DNA of 64,000 nucleotides from positions 18,476,001 to 18,540,000 of the forward strand of contig JAQFVV010000006.1 of the NCBI GenBank assembly GCA_028023455.1, read 5' to 3'. The position numbers were made by a program, and so were the translations under genes. Source of the DNA: Epiperipatus broadwayi (lineage: Eukaryota; Animalia; Onychophora). The notes under the pieces were generated by a model that ran no database searches, was not told the DNA's origin, and was given only the letters and a program-made list of their open reading frames with translations. Positions 37,625 to 50,100 of the stretch are shown here, in pieces (within the stretch, counting starts at the first letter, position 1; the number at the start of each line of letters is the position of its first letter).

Positions 37625-40600
37625 TATATATAAAAAACCTTTATTAACATAATAACTATTTACAATTTATACAAGTAATTAAGCAGATGATAAATATGTT
37701 ACAGTTTTGTATACCAAAACCCAAAGAATTTGGTATATTCCACTATTAAGACAAAAAAGACTGCAGGCAATTAACTAGTTCTCTTCCACTCAAGGATATT
37801 GACTTGTAACACTGTAATAGAAGGAGACCCTAAGCCATGCAACTCAAATGAGCAAAGCATGTAGCAAATTGATTGATTAGCCCAAGGAATAAGCCACCGA
37901 TAAGAATTAAACTTTTATTCAAGACAAATTTTATCTGATAATCTTACATAGAGTTATTCCAGGACCACCCCAGATTCGGTTTGTCTTCCTTGCCAAGTAT
38001 CTCAGATATTGATTGAAATATGTTTTCCAATCTCTATAGAGTTTTCTCAGCCAGTTGAATTTCTTGTTGTCAAACATCATAGTACATCGTATATACCATA
38101 TTGTCTTAAGGGTATGCACAGTCACCATTGCATTTTGGGGGTTAAATTTCTCAATATATTGACTAAGTAGAAGTTTTAAGTTTATGATTGGCCTGTGGAA
38201 CACTTTAGCTCTCATTTGCCCAAATGCCGAACATTCTTTAAATAGATGCTGAAAAGTTTCATCATCAGATTTACATAGCAAACAAACTGGATCCAAATTC
38301 ATATGTAGTCTTTCATTTAGAACCTTAGTTGTTGGAAACAAGCCATTCACTAGTTTGAAAACAAATTTCAAGTAGGATTGGGGTGCATATATAGAGTGGA
38401 ACTTTTTTAGCACATTTTTCTTTGATATGTTCAACCATGTATTGTCATGACTTTTAAAATGATTCATTAAGTCTTTATATTTAATACCTTCCAAACTGGG
38501 CACATTCAGATCATCCTGGAGATCCCTATAAGAAATGAACAGGTCAGCTATAAAAGATTTTCCTTTACATCCTATTTCATTAAAGGCACCGACAGGATCA
38601 ACCAAAGGCCCAAGAAATTGACTTTTAATTAAGTTAATAAATGTACTTGCCTTGATATAAGATACATATAGCTCTGGATCAATCAGGCCAAGACCTCCTT
38701 TTTGTTTTGGCATCTGCAAGGTTGATATTGAGATCCATCTTGAAGCTCTACCCCAGACATATTTCTTTGCAATCTGGTTTATTCTGAGTATTGTTTTGTT
38801 ATGAAGGGTTATCCAGGGTGCATAGTTTGCCAAAATTCCTGAAACAATGGAATTAAAAAATTAATGCTCTTGTAATTTCATATAATTTAAGTGATGAAAA
38901 ATTACTTATTTTATCTTCAATTTTTGTTACAATTAATTAATTCAAGTAAGGGTTCATTTTAGTTTTGGACATATATAATGGTATGCCCAAGAAAGCAGAT
39001 GGGAGCGCCATAAAGTTACATGGTATTTTTTTTTTGTAACTAACTGCCAGGCTGCAGACTTCATTGGGTGAATAATTAAGCCGGTTTCAGCCTGAAAATT
39101 TTCTAAGATATTCATCACAACTTGGATATTATAGCTGTTTTGAAATATTATAATAATATCATCAATGAATGCTGTGACAGCTACCTGCAATCCCAAGTGC
39201 GGAAGATAAAGGCTGGCAACAAGATTCTCAATCTTACGAACAAGAGGGTCTATATAAACTGCAAACAGAAAAGCTACCAGGGGATAACCCCATGGAATAC
39301 TTCTCTTAGGGATAAAAAAATCAGATCTCATAAAGTTTTTAAGAGAGATTCTATTATGTTTAATATAGTTTTCACCTGCATTCACCAACCATATGTGATC
39401 AGGGATTAAAAGACGGAGGGACTGAATCAAATATGGCCAATGGACCAGATCCAAAGCAGCCCTAAAATCTATTTGAATAGCATAATATTGAGTTAAGTTT
39501 AAATCCCTGGCATATTTAATAACCTCATGAATTTTTAAGGCAGCATTTACTGCATGTCTACCCTTAATGGCATGGTGAGCGGAAGATATTCTAGTATTGA
39601 TAAGGTGATGTAATTTTTTCAAGAGAATTCTAGCCAGAATCTTCGAATCAATATCTTCTACAGAAATATGTCTCGGTTCATTAATTGTTGGACTTTGCAC
39701 CAATTTGTCTTTTTTAAGGCTAAATACAACTCTGTTGCTAATAAAGGGCCACTCAATTTTCTCATAACACAACTGATTATAAAATCTCCACATTGCAAAT
39801 CTGAGAACATAGTCAAGTTGTTTATAAACAGAGGCTGGGATTGGTTCATCCACCATTATTGGTTGTGCCTTGAGGATATTAATTTCATCTTGAATATCCT
39901 AATTTGAAATATACTCTTTCTGTTCCCATTATGATACTACTGTAGTGATCAATGAAACCTGTACTTACACCAAATTTGATTTTTAAATTTTCAAATATAT
40001 AATTATCAACATAGATTCCAGAGGCAATGCCATCATCATCTTTGGTGATACTGGAAATACCCCTAGAATGGGGGATATATAATTTAGCATAGTTTATCAT
40101 GGGTTTGATAATTTACTCAAGTTAGGAATTAATTTCCTGAGCCATATTGTATGAGCGTCTTGATGCATAAGTTGATATAAGCTGTTGTATTCATCTTGTA
40201 AACTATTTATCAATTGATGATTAGGTCTGAGGTAGGTAACATTGCGTAAGACTCTTTGAATTTCAGAGATTCTATTTTTCATTTGATTCATTGATAAAAT
40301 ATTCTGTGCAATCTTGTAACATATTCTAGAGAGATCTTTTTTAATTTTAAACCAAGCAATACAGGGTGGTAAGCCTGAACATTTTGTATAATAATTAATG
40401 ATAGTCAAGATAATGGATAATTGGTCATTTGAGACCAAAACACCATCTTTTACATTTCTCCTAATAGAAAATCTATATTGATTTCTGATTTGATAATAGT
40501 TATAAAGAACTAACTTTACACAGAGGTGATCTGAAAAACCAATCAGAGATGTATTAATAGTTGTCTCTTTGAGCTGACTTACTATGCAATATATAACAGG

Positions 40601-40930
40601 AATTGTCACAATAAACAAATGTAAGTGGTCTTTTCAATTTTATTAATAGGTTGATTAAATTTTTCTGATAATATGGAGATTTGAAGTAAAAGTTTTACAC
40701 TTTTTCCCTCCAAAATGACTGCCGAGAGTATCATGTGAATGGGATTTGGTCGAAAAATAGTATATAGATATTTTGTATTTTTTAAAAAAATGTAAAAAAA
40801 AAACAAAACAATTTTTCCACAAAATAAAAAAATTAACATTTTTTGAGGTGGCAGGATTCGTTTTTCTTGGAAATATGACATGGTGTCCATTTCAGTTGAT
40901 GGAAGGTTCCAAATTGTCATCATTTTGGAC
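37625..40930 (-). mobile_element. L1/Tx1-like non-LTR retrotransposon ORF2 (APE-RT-zf), frameshifted
   Basis: APE: IWN, FQE, FSDH. RT: RHISVEDIDSKILARIL, IQIDFRAALDLVHW, WGYPLVAFLFAVYIDPL, FIDD, then FLGIPL in another frame. zf-RVT: CLLCKSDDETFQHLFKEC. AATAAA and (TA)n at the 3' end. Confidence 0.9.
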
Positions 40931-41624
40931 TGTTCAACCAGAAAAAAAAAATTAATTATGAGAATTATGCAATAGAAATCAAAAGGAAAGTACATTATTT
41001 ACTCACAATCAACTTAATTCAGCAATGATGAAATTAACTATGAAGAAATAAGTACAATGACAGAAAATGATCATTTTCATGTGAATCACAAATACAGTCA
41101 CGTTATGTAAGTTTGCATTCTGGGAAAAATAAAAAATTTACTTTTAGTCTCCATTTTGGGAAAAAAATGTATCCACTTAAAATAAAGTAAAACAGACAAA
41201 TTGATTGTTTCATTGTGACAATTCCTGTTATATATTTCATGATAAATACCATATGTGTATGTTTTATGGTTTGTTTGTTTTTTTGTAATATTTTAGGTAT
41301 TTTGTAATTTAGTGATTGTTTTGTCTGCATTTAAAATTACATTTGGGAATTGCATAATGTCATATTAGTCTGTATTTAAAGTAATGAATTGCATAATGAC
41401 ATGTCAATATTTTGCATTTTTTTAAGTCCAATCAATATTTTTACTATTGTTAAAAATATACTTTATAAAATTGATTTTTGAGTGAAATTCATATTTTTAG
41501 TATTGTTAGAAATTAATATTCTGTGTCATATTTTACATTCTTTGTGTGAGACTCTTATTTTTAGTATTTTTAAAAATGTATTTGTTTAAGATTGATTTTT
41601 GGGTATTGTTAGATTTAATCTAAT

Positions 41625-41880
41625 GCTATTTCTGTCACATATTACAACTGCTATGCCTTTTCACATATGTATTCAGACCACCAATAACTTTTGTAAATTT
41701 TTTGGCAAAAATATCATGTACACATGGACCATTTTGATGGATTTATCATTTTAACTTCATACAAGATCCAAGTGTAAATGTTATTTGGTCAGATCACAAG
41801 ATTAGAAAGTTATCAGCGAATTGATACAAATGTGAGAAAGCGTAGCTGGTCTAATACATAAGTACCACAAATAGTCTAAA
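41625..41880 (-). mobile_element. Old diverged copy of the 35.4-kb MITE
   Basis: Reverse complement shares atcaat.tgctgataactt..taatc..tgaccaaataac and catgatattttt.c.aa.atttacaaa.ttatt with 35440-35600. Confidence 0.65.
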
Positions 41881-42299
41881 GATATCTTTCTTAGCACTAT
41901 ATTGTTCTAATGCTGAATACTTTATCATTTTTGGAGAAAAGGTACTCACACTAAATTTCTGGATATTTTGTTAAATATTCCATTTTTGAAATCGTCTTTT
42001 CATATATTTATTCAAACTTTCTCACAGAAAAATTTAATAAGCTGTAAAGTAGATTAGATTAACCATTAACTCAACATATAATTTCATTATCTGAATCATG
42101 CTTCAAATCAAGATTCACTCTCTGGATACTCAAGCAATGCTTTTGTACAAACAAAGAAATGGTCTATTTGGAAAGTACTAAGCAAATTTTTTTTTTAGAT
42201 CATTTTCCATATCTAAGTATTTGATCTTCCAAGAATTTGTTAGAGTCTCATCAACAAATTCAGCACCACCTGTCAGACTTTAACAACCCATTTGATTTT

Positions 42300-43440
42300 A
42301 GGAGTAGTGATAAATACAATTTATGAACTACATAATTAATGAAATGGCAGAATTGAAGAATTTAATAATTTTTGTAAATATTGTTTGTTTAATAGTTATT
42401 TGTCTTTTTGTCATATACAGAAAAGACACTTTCCTTATAGTTTTGATAAAATAGGTTTCAATTTTGATGTTAATTACATTCTTTGGATTTAAATTTTAAA
42501 AAAGTGAACATATTCGGAATACCTGGATGAATTTAATTAAACTGGATCTCTTTCAATAATAAACTTCATGATTCTCCTTTCATCCAAGGATTTTATTATT
42601 GTAATGTGGAGAAAATTTGATACAGTAATTATAAACAAGATCTTACAAAAAATTATAACTCTAACTCACCTGCATCGCATAAATTTGCTGGCCTTAATGC
42701 ATTTTTGTTTAGAAACTTTTATTTATGTAAATATGAAGCAGACAGGAAAGAAAACATAAACAACTATATTAAAGATCTATTAGAAGCAGGGTTCAAATTC
42801 AAAGCTATTAAAAATAAAATCATAAAATTTAATAATACAATAAACAATAATGTACCTCACACCAATCTACCTAGAATAACAATCCCCTACATTCCTAAAA
42901 TATCTAACAAACTAATGAAAGCATTAAACGATAAATTTAACATAGCAGTTAGAACTCCACCTAATTCTAATAGATTGCTTAACAACTCTAAAGACCACAT
43001 TGATCGATCGTTCACCCCACACGTGGTGTACTCTATTGCCTGCCCTCAGGCTGGATGCCACGCTATATATTATGGTGAAACGAAAGCTACAATCAATACT
43101 AGACTGGGTCAACATATTTACACATTTAACAGAGCTCAGAAAAACAGCAACACGTCCTCTGTATTCTTGGAGCATGCTAAACAATCTGGACACAACTTCA
43201 CACCCGCCAATCCCATAATATTGTGCTCAGAATCAAATGATCACAAAAGAAAAATAAAGGAGGCATTTTACATCAATGGAAACATCCATGCCATTAATAG
43301 AAAGGACACTTGCTTCGAGATCTCGAAGAAATGGGCTATGTAATACTAACTTATTTGAATATTTGTATTTGCATATTTTATTATACATTTTATGAAGGCT
43401 ATGAATATGAGGCATGGATGCTCAAAAATGTTAAGCCGAT
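42300..43440 (+). mobile_element. Penelope-like element: RT thumb relic, open GIY-YIG endonuclease ORF (42705-43343), decayed 3' HHR (43397-43437)
   Basis: SNSPASHK..LNAFLFR; IPYIPKIS; VVYSIACPQAGCHAIYYGETKATINTRLGQH; HAKQSGHNF; KRKIKEAFYI. HHR relic: GGCT...GAG(G)CAT gg ATGCTC AAAA ATGTT AAGCC. The 5' boundary is approximate. Confidence 0.9.
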
Positions 43441-45120
43441 AAACTTTAATACTAATTAATATCTTCTCTAATTAACAATTATATATTTTACATATAGTGA
43501 GAAGTAAAGCTATATTTATTAGATAGTTAAAGAAATACATTCACTTATGTAGGAGATTATTTATAATCTACCTTCAGCATTTATATAAGAAAATTCTAAA
43601 ATATTTGAAGTAATAGAAATGAAAAGTGTGTTAAATAAATGATCCACATTTAATTATTTTAAATGTGTGAATATTTTGATGTGAGGATGAATAAATCAAT
43701 GGAATAATTTTAATATGATCGAAATCAATATTATCATTATTTATGTTAGGCAATTATTTGAACAAAAACTCTGCTATAAAATTTGCAATGTAACAATATT
43801 TGTATTCAAACATTTTATTAAATTGAAATCAACCTGCTTAGGTTCTTACTGCAAGAGTTTGCAGTTCAGCATAACCATGAATTCTAACCATATCACAAAG
43901 TAAATATATTGACTCACCCAGAAACTATAGCAGTTAGTCTCATAGATTAAGTATCTATTGATATATTTCTGCCAGATGATGATGCTAAGAAACTCTCAGA
44001 TATGTTAAGTTCTCAATCCAAAGGCAGATTGAGATAATCAGTCATAACTCTTGATCACAGTGATGGGAGTCTGTTTTGAATGCCAGTCGCTCAATGCATA
44101 TTTTAGTCTCAAAGTATTTAGAGTTGTATGTGGAATAACTTTGAATGCCTTCTTTATAAATGTAAGATTCTGACTAAAGAATATCATGAGAAGTGTCTTG
44201 GAAAATATGAAAAATTTTCATTAAAATGATTCCTAAATTCTGAATAGGTAATATAAATTATAATTCTATCTGTGTGAATAATCTTATTGTTTAACAAATT
44301 AACCAAATACAATCAATCTTGCTGAAGCAATGGACAATAAATGAAAGCTAAAATTGTATTATAAGACATTACCTAATAAAATTAATGGAATAAGATTTTT
44401 CTAAAGAACTAAATAGAGATTCTGTTATTATTCTCTTCTACTTTATTTGCAAACATTGGAAATAAGTACTAAAGGTGGGTGAAGTCCTTTAAAACCATAA
44501 ATTTTTGAATATATCTTTATCTCATTCAGCTAAAGTTTAATATTGGGTATCTCTAATGAAAATGGGATGAGAAGTGATACAATTAATTTATAAATGTTTA
44601 ATGTAACCATTACTAAATGAGATAAACATAAACAGGGTTTTCTGTTTTCTATTTTTTGGTATATTTTTTAAAGATTATTGGCATTGAAATGTTATTGTAA
44701 TTTTTTTTTTTTCAATTTACAATAAACTGAAGAATAGTAATTTCCATCATCATATAATAATGTAGAAATAGATCCAAATAATTGTTTTGATAATTTGATG
44801 AAAGTTGAGTATTTAAAATAGGTAAAAATGATTATTCACATGCACTTATGTAATTCACAGTTTATATTATAGCAGTCTACTTATATCATAGCTTGAGTGA
44901 GTATAACCACATGATGTTATTCAAATTACATAATCAAAACATTTCTGCTAATTTATATATTGCAAAATAATTGTTGAAATTGCGTATTCTTGATGATTTT
45001 GATTACTAGAATATTAACATATATGTATGTTTGGGGAGGAATATTATTAAAATTGAAAAATACAATGGATTAAAACCATTAATTTTTTTTACTAATTTAT
45101 GTTTTTTTTATCTTATTTAG

Positions 45121-45280
45121 AAAATGGCTTAATAAAAAGAGGTCCTCAATCTAATCAATTAATCCTACAACATTTTCAAGGAACCAATCCTGTTATTTAT
45201 AATGTTAGTGGCTGGTTAAAGTCATCCCGAGATTATTCTGCCAGTCGAAACGCAGCTCCTCTTTTACAGGAGTCACAGAA
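45121..45280 (+). CDS. Myo18: Myosin-XVIII exon F
   Basis: Phase 1/2 fits its neighbours. Encodes QLILQHFQGTNPVIYNVSGWLKSSRDYSASRNAAPLLQESQK (MYO18A: HSHGTNWVEYNVTGWL...QNAPRLLQDSQK). Confidence 0.93.
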
Positions 45281-46899
45281 GTAATTATATATATATATTT
45301 TATAAAACTTTTAATGTTGTATACTTTATACATATCTATATGGATAATGAATTATTTGTTAAATTTTACAGTATATCTGTATAGTATAATAGGTAAAAAG
45401 GTAAAACATTCTTTAAATAGTTCACTGCAGAAACAACCTCTCATAGAAGACGTGAGAGTTTGAGGGGTTTTTTCTCCAGCTAAAAATTTTGCCAGCCAGT
45501 CAAATCCAGGTGATTAATTTGTCATTATAACGATATGCATTTTCAAATCATTTCTCTTTTAACCTATTTTAGGAACTACATTATACTTTTAAGAATTTAT
45601 TTCTATATTTTTTCAAATATATAAATTTTTAATTATTGTAGTTTTTTTTCCTTTGGCTATGACTAAGTTGTTTATATTTTAGTTTAATTGTGGGTAAACG
45701 TCACTATCAATTAAAGTGGAAGTTGATTTATTACCAATGATGACACTATCCTGCTTGACCTCATTTTAAAATTGAATACTTTACACTTTTTTAAAACTAT
45801 AATACTTGATATATGTCAACTTATTTTGCTGGTGGGGATTCTACATTTTTTTGCTTATTGATTTTAAGGTTACAACTGCAATAAAAATATGATCTTAGAG
45901 ACAGATATGCATATAGCCTAAATCTACATATTTATTTATTGTGATCATCCAAGAATTATATACGTAAATACTTTTAGATAAAATATCTATATGTAATGTG
46001 TGAATTAGTTGTAATATTATTGAGAAAAATTATGGTAGTGTGTGTGTATGCATATTTTAAATATTTATCTTTTTTGGCTAATAAATCAATAAAATTTAAA
46101 TACTAAGATATTTAACAATAATGTATTATATGACATAATACCTAAAAACTTCTTTCTATAATAATTCATTATACTTTTTAAAGTGTTTACATTTAGACAT
46201 ATTATTTAAATTAACTCTACAACTCTGCTTCTTAATAAACCTTAAAATAAATTTTATATACGACAAAGCACTACATATAGTGGCATTTATATTTTGTTTT
46301 TATATAAATAATGCATGCAGTAGGATTTCTATATCTGCACTTTCAAAAGTCATTGTTTAAAGAAAAATAATTTAAAAAATTAGAAATTCATACCCCCCCC
46401 CCCTTCAATCACATTTTATGATCACTATCAGAATTTGTTGTGAATTTGAAAATTAAAATTTTATTTAAAAATGATCAAATTGGAAAGTTAATACAGTTTC
46501 ACCAAACCTAAAAGATTTATGTTCAAATTAAAATAATTGATTTATTTGCTAAAGTAGATTGTATATTCAATTAAAATAAATCACCATTTCATGAAATAAT
46601 TTAAAAGAAAACAAAACTTTATGCTAGGATTATTTGTGCTTTTTTGTGTGAGGGCCACTAGACAAAAGCATAGATAGTTATGATTCTAAACAAATAGCAA
46701 ACGGTTCAAGCCATTTACTATAGCTGCCATAACCATTGAGTTTTTATGCATGGTCCAAAATATACACTCATTAATCTAAGTTTTTAAAATCTTGAGATGC
46801 GAGGGAACAATCAGTTGATCAGTAAGTGGACTGGGACAGCAGTTACTCAGTCAGCACTTTGATCAAAAATTTCATTTGTATGCATTTGTTTGTTTTAGT

Positions 46900-48500
46900 T
46901 GTATAATTAAATCGATACATGACCGTTTTGGTTTTTACAATTTCAAGAGTTGGTTACATAATCTGGATATAACAAACTTGTAATCACATTTTGAAATGTA
47001 TTGTTTTATGTCAGTCTGTAATTTAATTACCCAAAATAACAGGATTGTTTTCAAAATACAAGCAAAAAAAATCTGACAAAAAAAAAGGAGTGTTTAATTG
47101 GGAAGAAAAATATTTTGTTGTGCAAAATAAACATGGTTGGCAACGTGTTTGATTTGTCATGAAAGTATTACATCAAAAAAATATGATTGTTTATCATAAT
47201 CATTTAATGATACTTTTCCTCGCAGGTCTTTAATAAGTTAACTTTTTCAAATAGTCATTGCACCAATAACAAAATGTTATATCAATGGTGATGTCTCAAG
47301 ATGCAGGAGAGACGAGAGCATCATAAGAAATTTTTACAAAATAGGTAAGTCTACGAACCCATTTTCTAACATAGATGTTGTGAAGGAATGTTTTATCAAT
47401 ACTTCCAATGCATTAAATTTAGCAATAAAAATCAAATAATATCATAAATTTAAAAAATTGTAGCTCTTACATTATATCACAGAAGATTTCAAAAAGTATT
47501 TTGAAATTTTTTTTAGAAAGAATTTAAACCAGAGATTATCTCAATATTATTAGTATTAATATTAAATATAAATAAATGTTTTGCAGTCATGTGACTTGTT
47601 TCCTTATTGACAAAATAATACAATTATCATTTCACTGTTATATCAGGAGCATATCTCCATGGATGAAGAAGATGCCATCGTCTAAGTCATAGTGACATTC
47701 TTTTACATATACTTGAAGCAGCGGAAATGTTCTGGGTCAGTTTTTTTCTTTAAAGCAAGAAATTATTTTACTTTTACAACAAAACCGTAAAATTTACTGC
47801 AAATTTGAAAATGATGAATGGTGGTGTCTTTTAGCCTATCTGTAGGCATCACAGAATATAGTAGTTTACAAGCTAAAAATAAAATTATTTCACAGATGGT
47901 GAGTAAAGTACTTGCTTTTGAAGAGGATCTAAGCATCTATTAGACGAAATACAAAATCAAATACTGTATAATTTTCCAACCACAACAAAAGCTAAACAAG
48001 ATAGTATTCACTTTTTCCAGAAAATTATGCAATCATTTTAAGTTATTTAGTTATCTTATACACAGAATTTAAAAGTAGATTTCAGGGTTTAAGAAATATT
48101 AAGAATTATCTGTTGTTGTAGAAAAACCTTACACTTAGAAACAGCATTTATTATATGATTAGTTGCATTACAGTATGATTCTGCAAAACTGTTTGATAAA
48201 TTCACCAAATTGAAAGCCAATACAACTTTAAAGAAAAGGAGAGAAAGAAGAATACCAATTTTTGGAAATTAGTGCATGAAAAATAGGTCTGTACAAAATA
48301 TGCCCAAATGCTGCTAACATTGTTTGCAGCAAGATATTTTTGTGAATCATCCTATACTATAGTGAAATATATGAAGAATGTGTATAGAAATTGACTTATT
48401 GATTCTCATTTTGATGATGTATTAAAAGAAGCATGTATTAATCATAAATCTGATTCATTTAAACGAGTCAAAAGTTTGTTTCAACATCCAAAATCTCATT
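46900..48500 (+). mobile_element. hAT-Charlie transposase relic
   Basis: Degenerate segments resemble NVISxHCxxHRE, LLYHxExRWLSxG and the C-terminal ...SxFSxxxxxKNxYRNRL...QHPKSH*; many stops and indels. Confidence 0.55.
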
Positions 48501-48739
48501 AATTTTTTAAGCAAACTCTTGGTCACATTAAATTTATTTTTTATATTACTATTTTATGACGTATAATATATTATGTTGCAGCTTGCAAACTTATTTGGGC
48601 CTGAGGAAATGGCAATACCACAGTTTTCAAGTAAAGGATGGTTGTATAAATTTCAGAAATTACATAGAATTTTTTATGTTTTTTTTTAAGTTAGTTATTT
48701 ATGGTGCAAACTGTCTCACTGTGATGACAAAAATGTCTT

Positions 48740-50100
48740 AAGAGATATCTGTTTCCTATAAGCTTTTTGAAAAAATTATGTTAACAAGAATTTTACCGAT
48801 AATTGAAAGTCAGCTTCCTATAGAACAAGCTGGTTTTAGGCCAGAAAGAAGGTATTTGTGGACAAGTTTTATCTTTAACAACTTGCATTTAAAAGTGCTT
48901 TAAAATAAATTAAAAACTGCTGTTATGTTTATTGATCTAATCTCAGCTTATGATTCTGTTTGGAAAAATTGTATCACCTAAAAGTTTCTAAAAATTTTAA
49001 ATTTAGGAAAATCGTTAATTTACTTAACAAAATGCTCTGCAATAGAAAAATTGAAGTAACATAAAATAATCAGGTTTCATTTCTTTTATCTATTTTCTTA
49101 CTTGTCAGTGATCTTCCCCATACAAAAGATAGAAAAATCATCTATGCTGATAAAAATCCTTTGACTTCTCAAAAGAAATTATTTCTTGAAAATGAAAAAC
49201 TCAATAAGGATATGAAAAAATTGCAAAAATTTTTCATAGACTGGAATCTTATTCCTAATCCCATAAAGGTAAGGTATTTAATTTTTAATTTAAACATCAG
49301 GGAATCATCTCATAATTATAATAAAACCTTTTGCAATAGCAGTCTGAAATATGATGCTATCCCTTGCATATTTAGAAATTACCTTGGATCATAGCTAACT
49401 TGTTTTGGTTATTTATTCAAAGTTAGATCAAAATTAATTTCTAGAAATAATCTTCTTGGAAATCTGGCTGATGCTACTTTGAAATGAAATTACTTTAAGA
49501 ATAGCTTTCTTCTGGTGAAAATTCTGTCCCTGTTTGGAGAAAAGGTTTCACATTAAACTTCCAGATAGTTAATGAAATATTGCCATGAGAAATATTAGTG
49601 GTACATTTAAATTATATATATATATATATATTTCTTTGCAATGGCTTTCTGTTCTTTTACATATTCCTTCACCAGATATCAAAAGAGAAATTGTCTCACA
49701 GAAAATGTATAAAAAACTAATTAAAGTAGATCAGATTATTATTACGATATAGTTTTACCATTTAACATTCGACTGAAATCAAATAACCAATTTGAATGTT
49801 TAACCAAGAATCTACAATCAAAAGAATTATGGCATAAAAAATTGATGGCCTAAATAATGGAATTTTTATAAGATTCCATTTTTTTTTTCCAGAAGGCCAA
49901 TAGAATTTGATCTTTCTAGACACAACGAATGTCTCATCAACAGATTCAGGGTAACCTATGACTATTGGTTCATCTGCTTTATAAATGGAATTTATCAGCT
50001 ACTGATCTTTATAAATATGTTTATGTACAAACTATGAACCACATCTTTAATGACTGTTAGACTTAGCTCTACAGTGGTGGAATGGACTTAATCTGTCTCT
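48740..50100 (+). mobile_element. Non-LTR retrotransposon RT relic, Ingi/Vingi-like (clade tentative)
   Basis: ESQLPIEQAGFRPERR; KTAVMFIDL.SAYDSVW; IYAD; C-terminal LYKWNL...QTMNHIFNDC. Confidence 0.7.
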
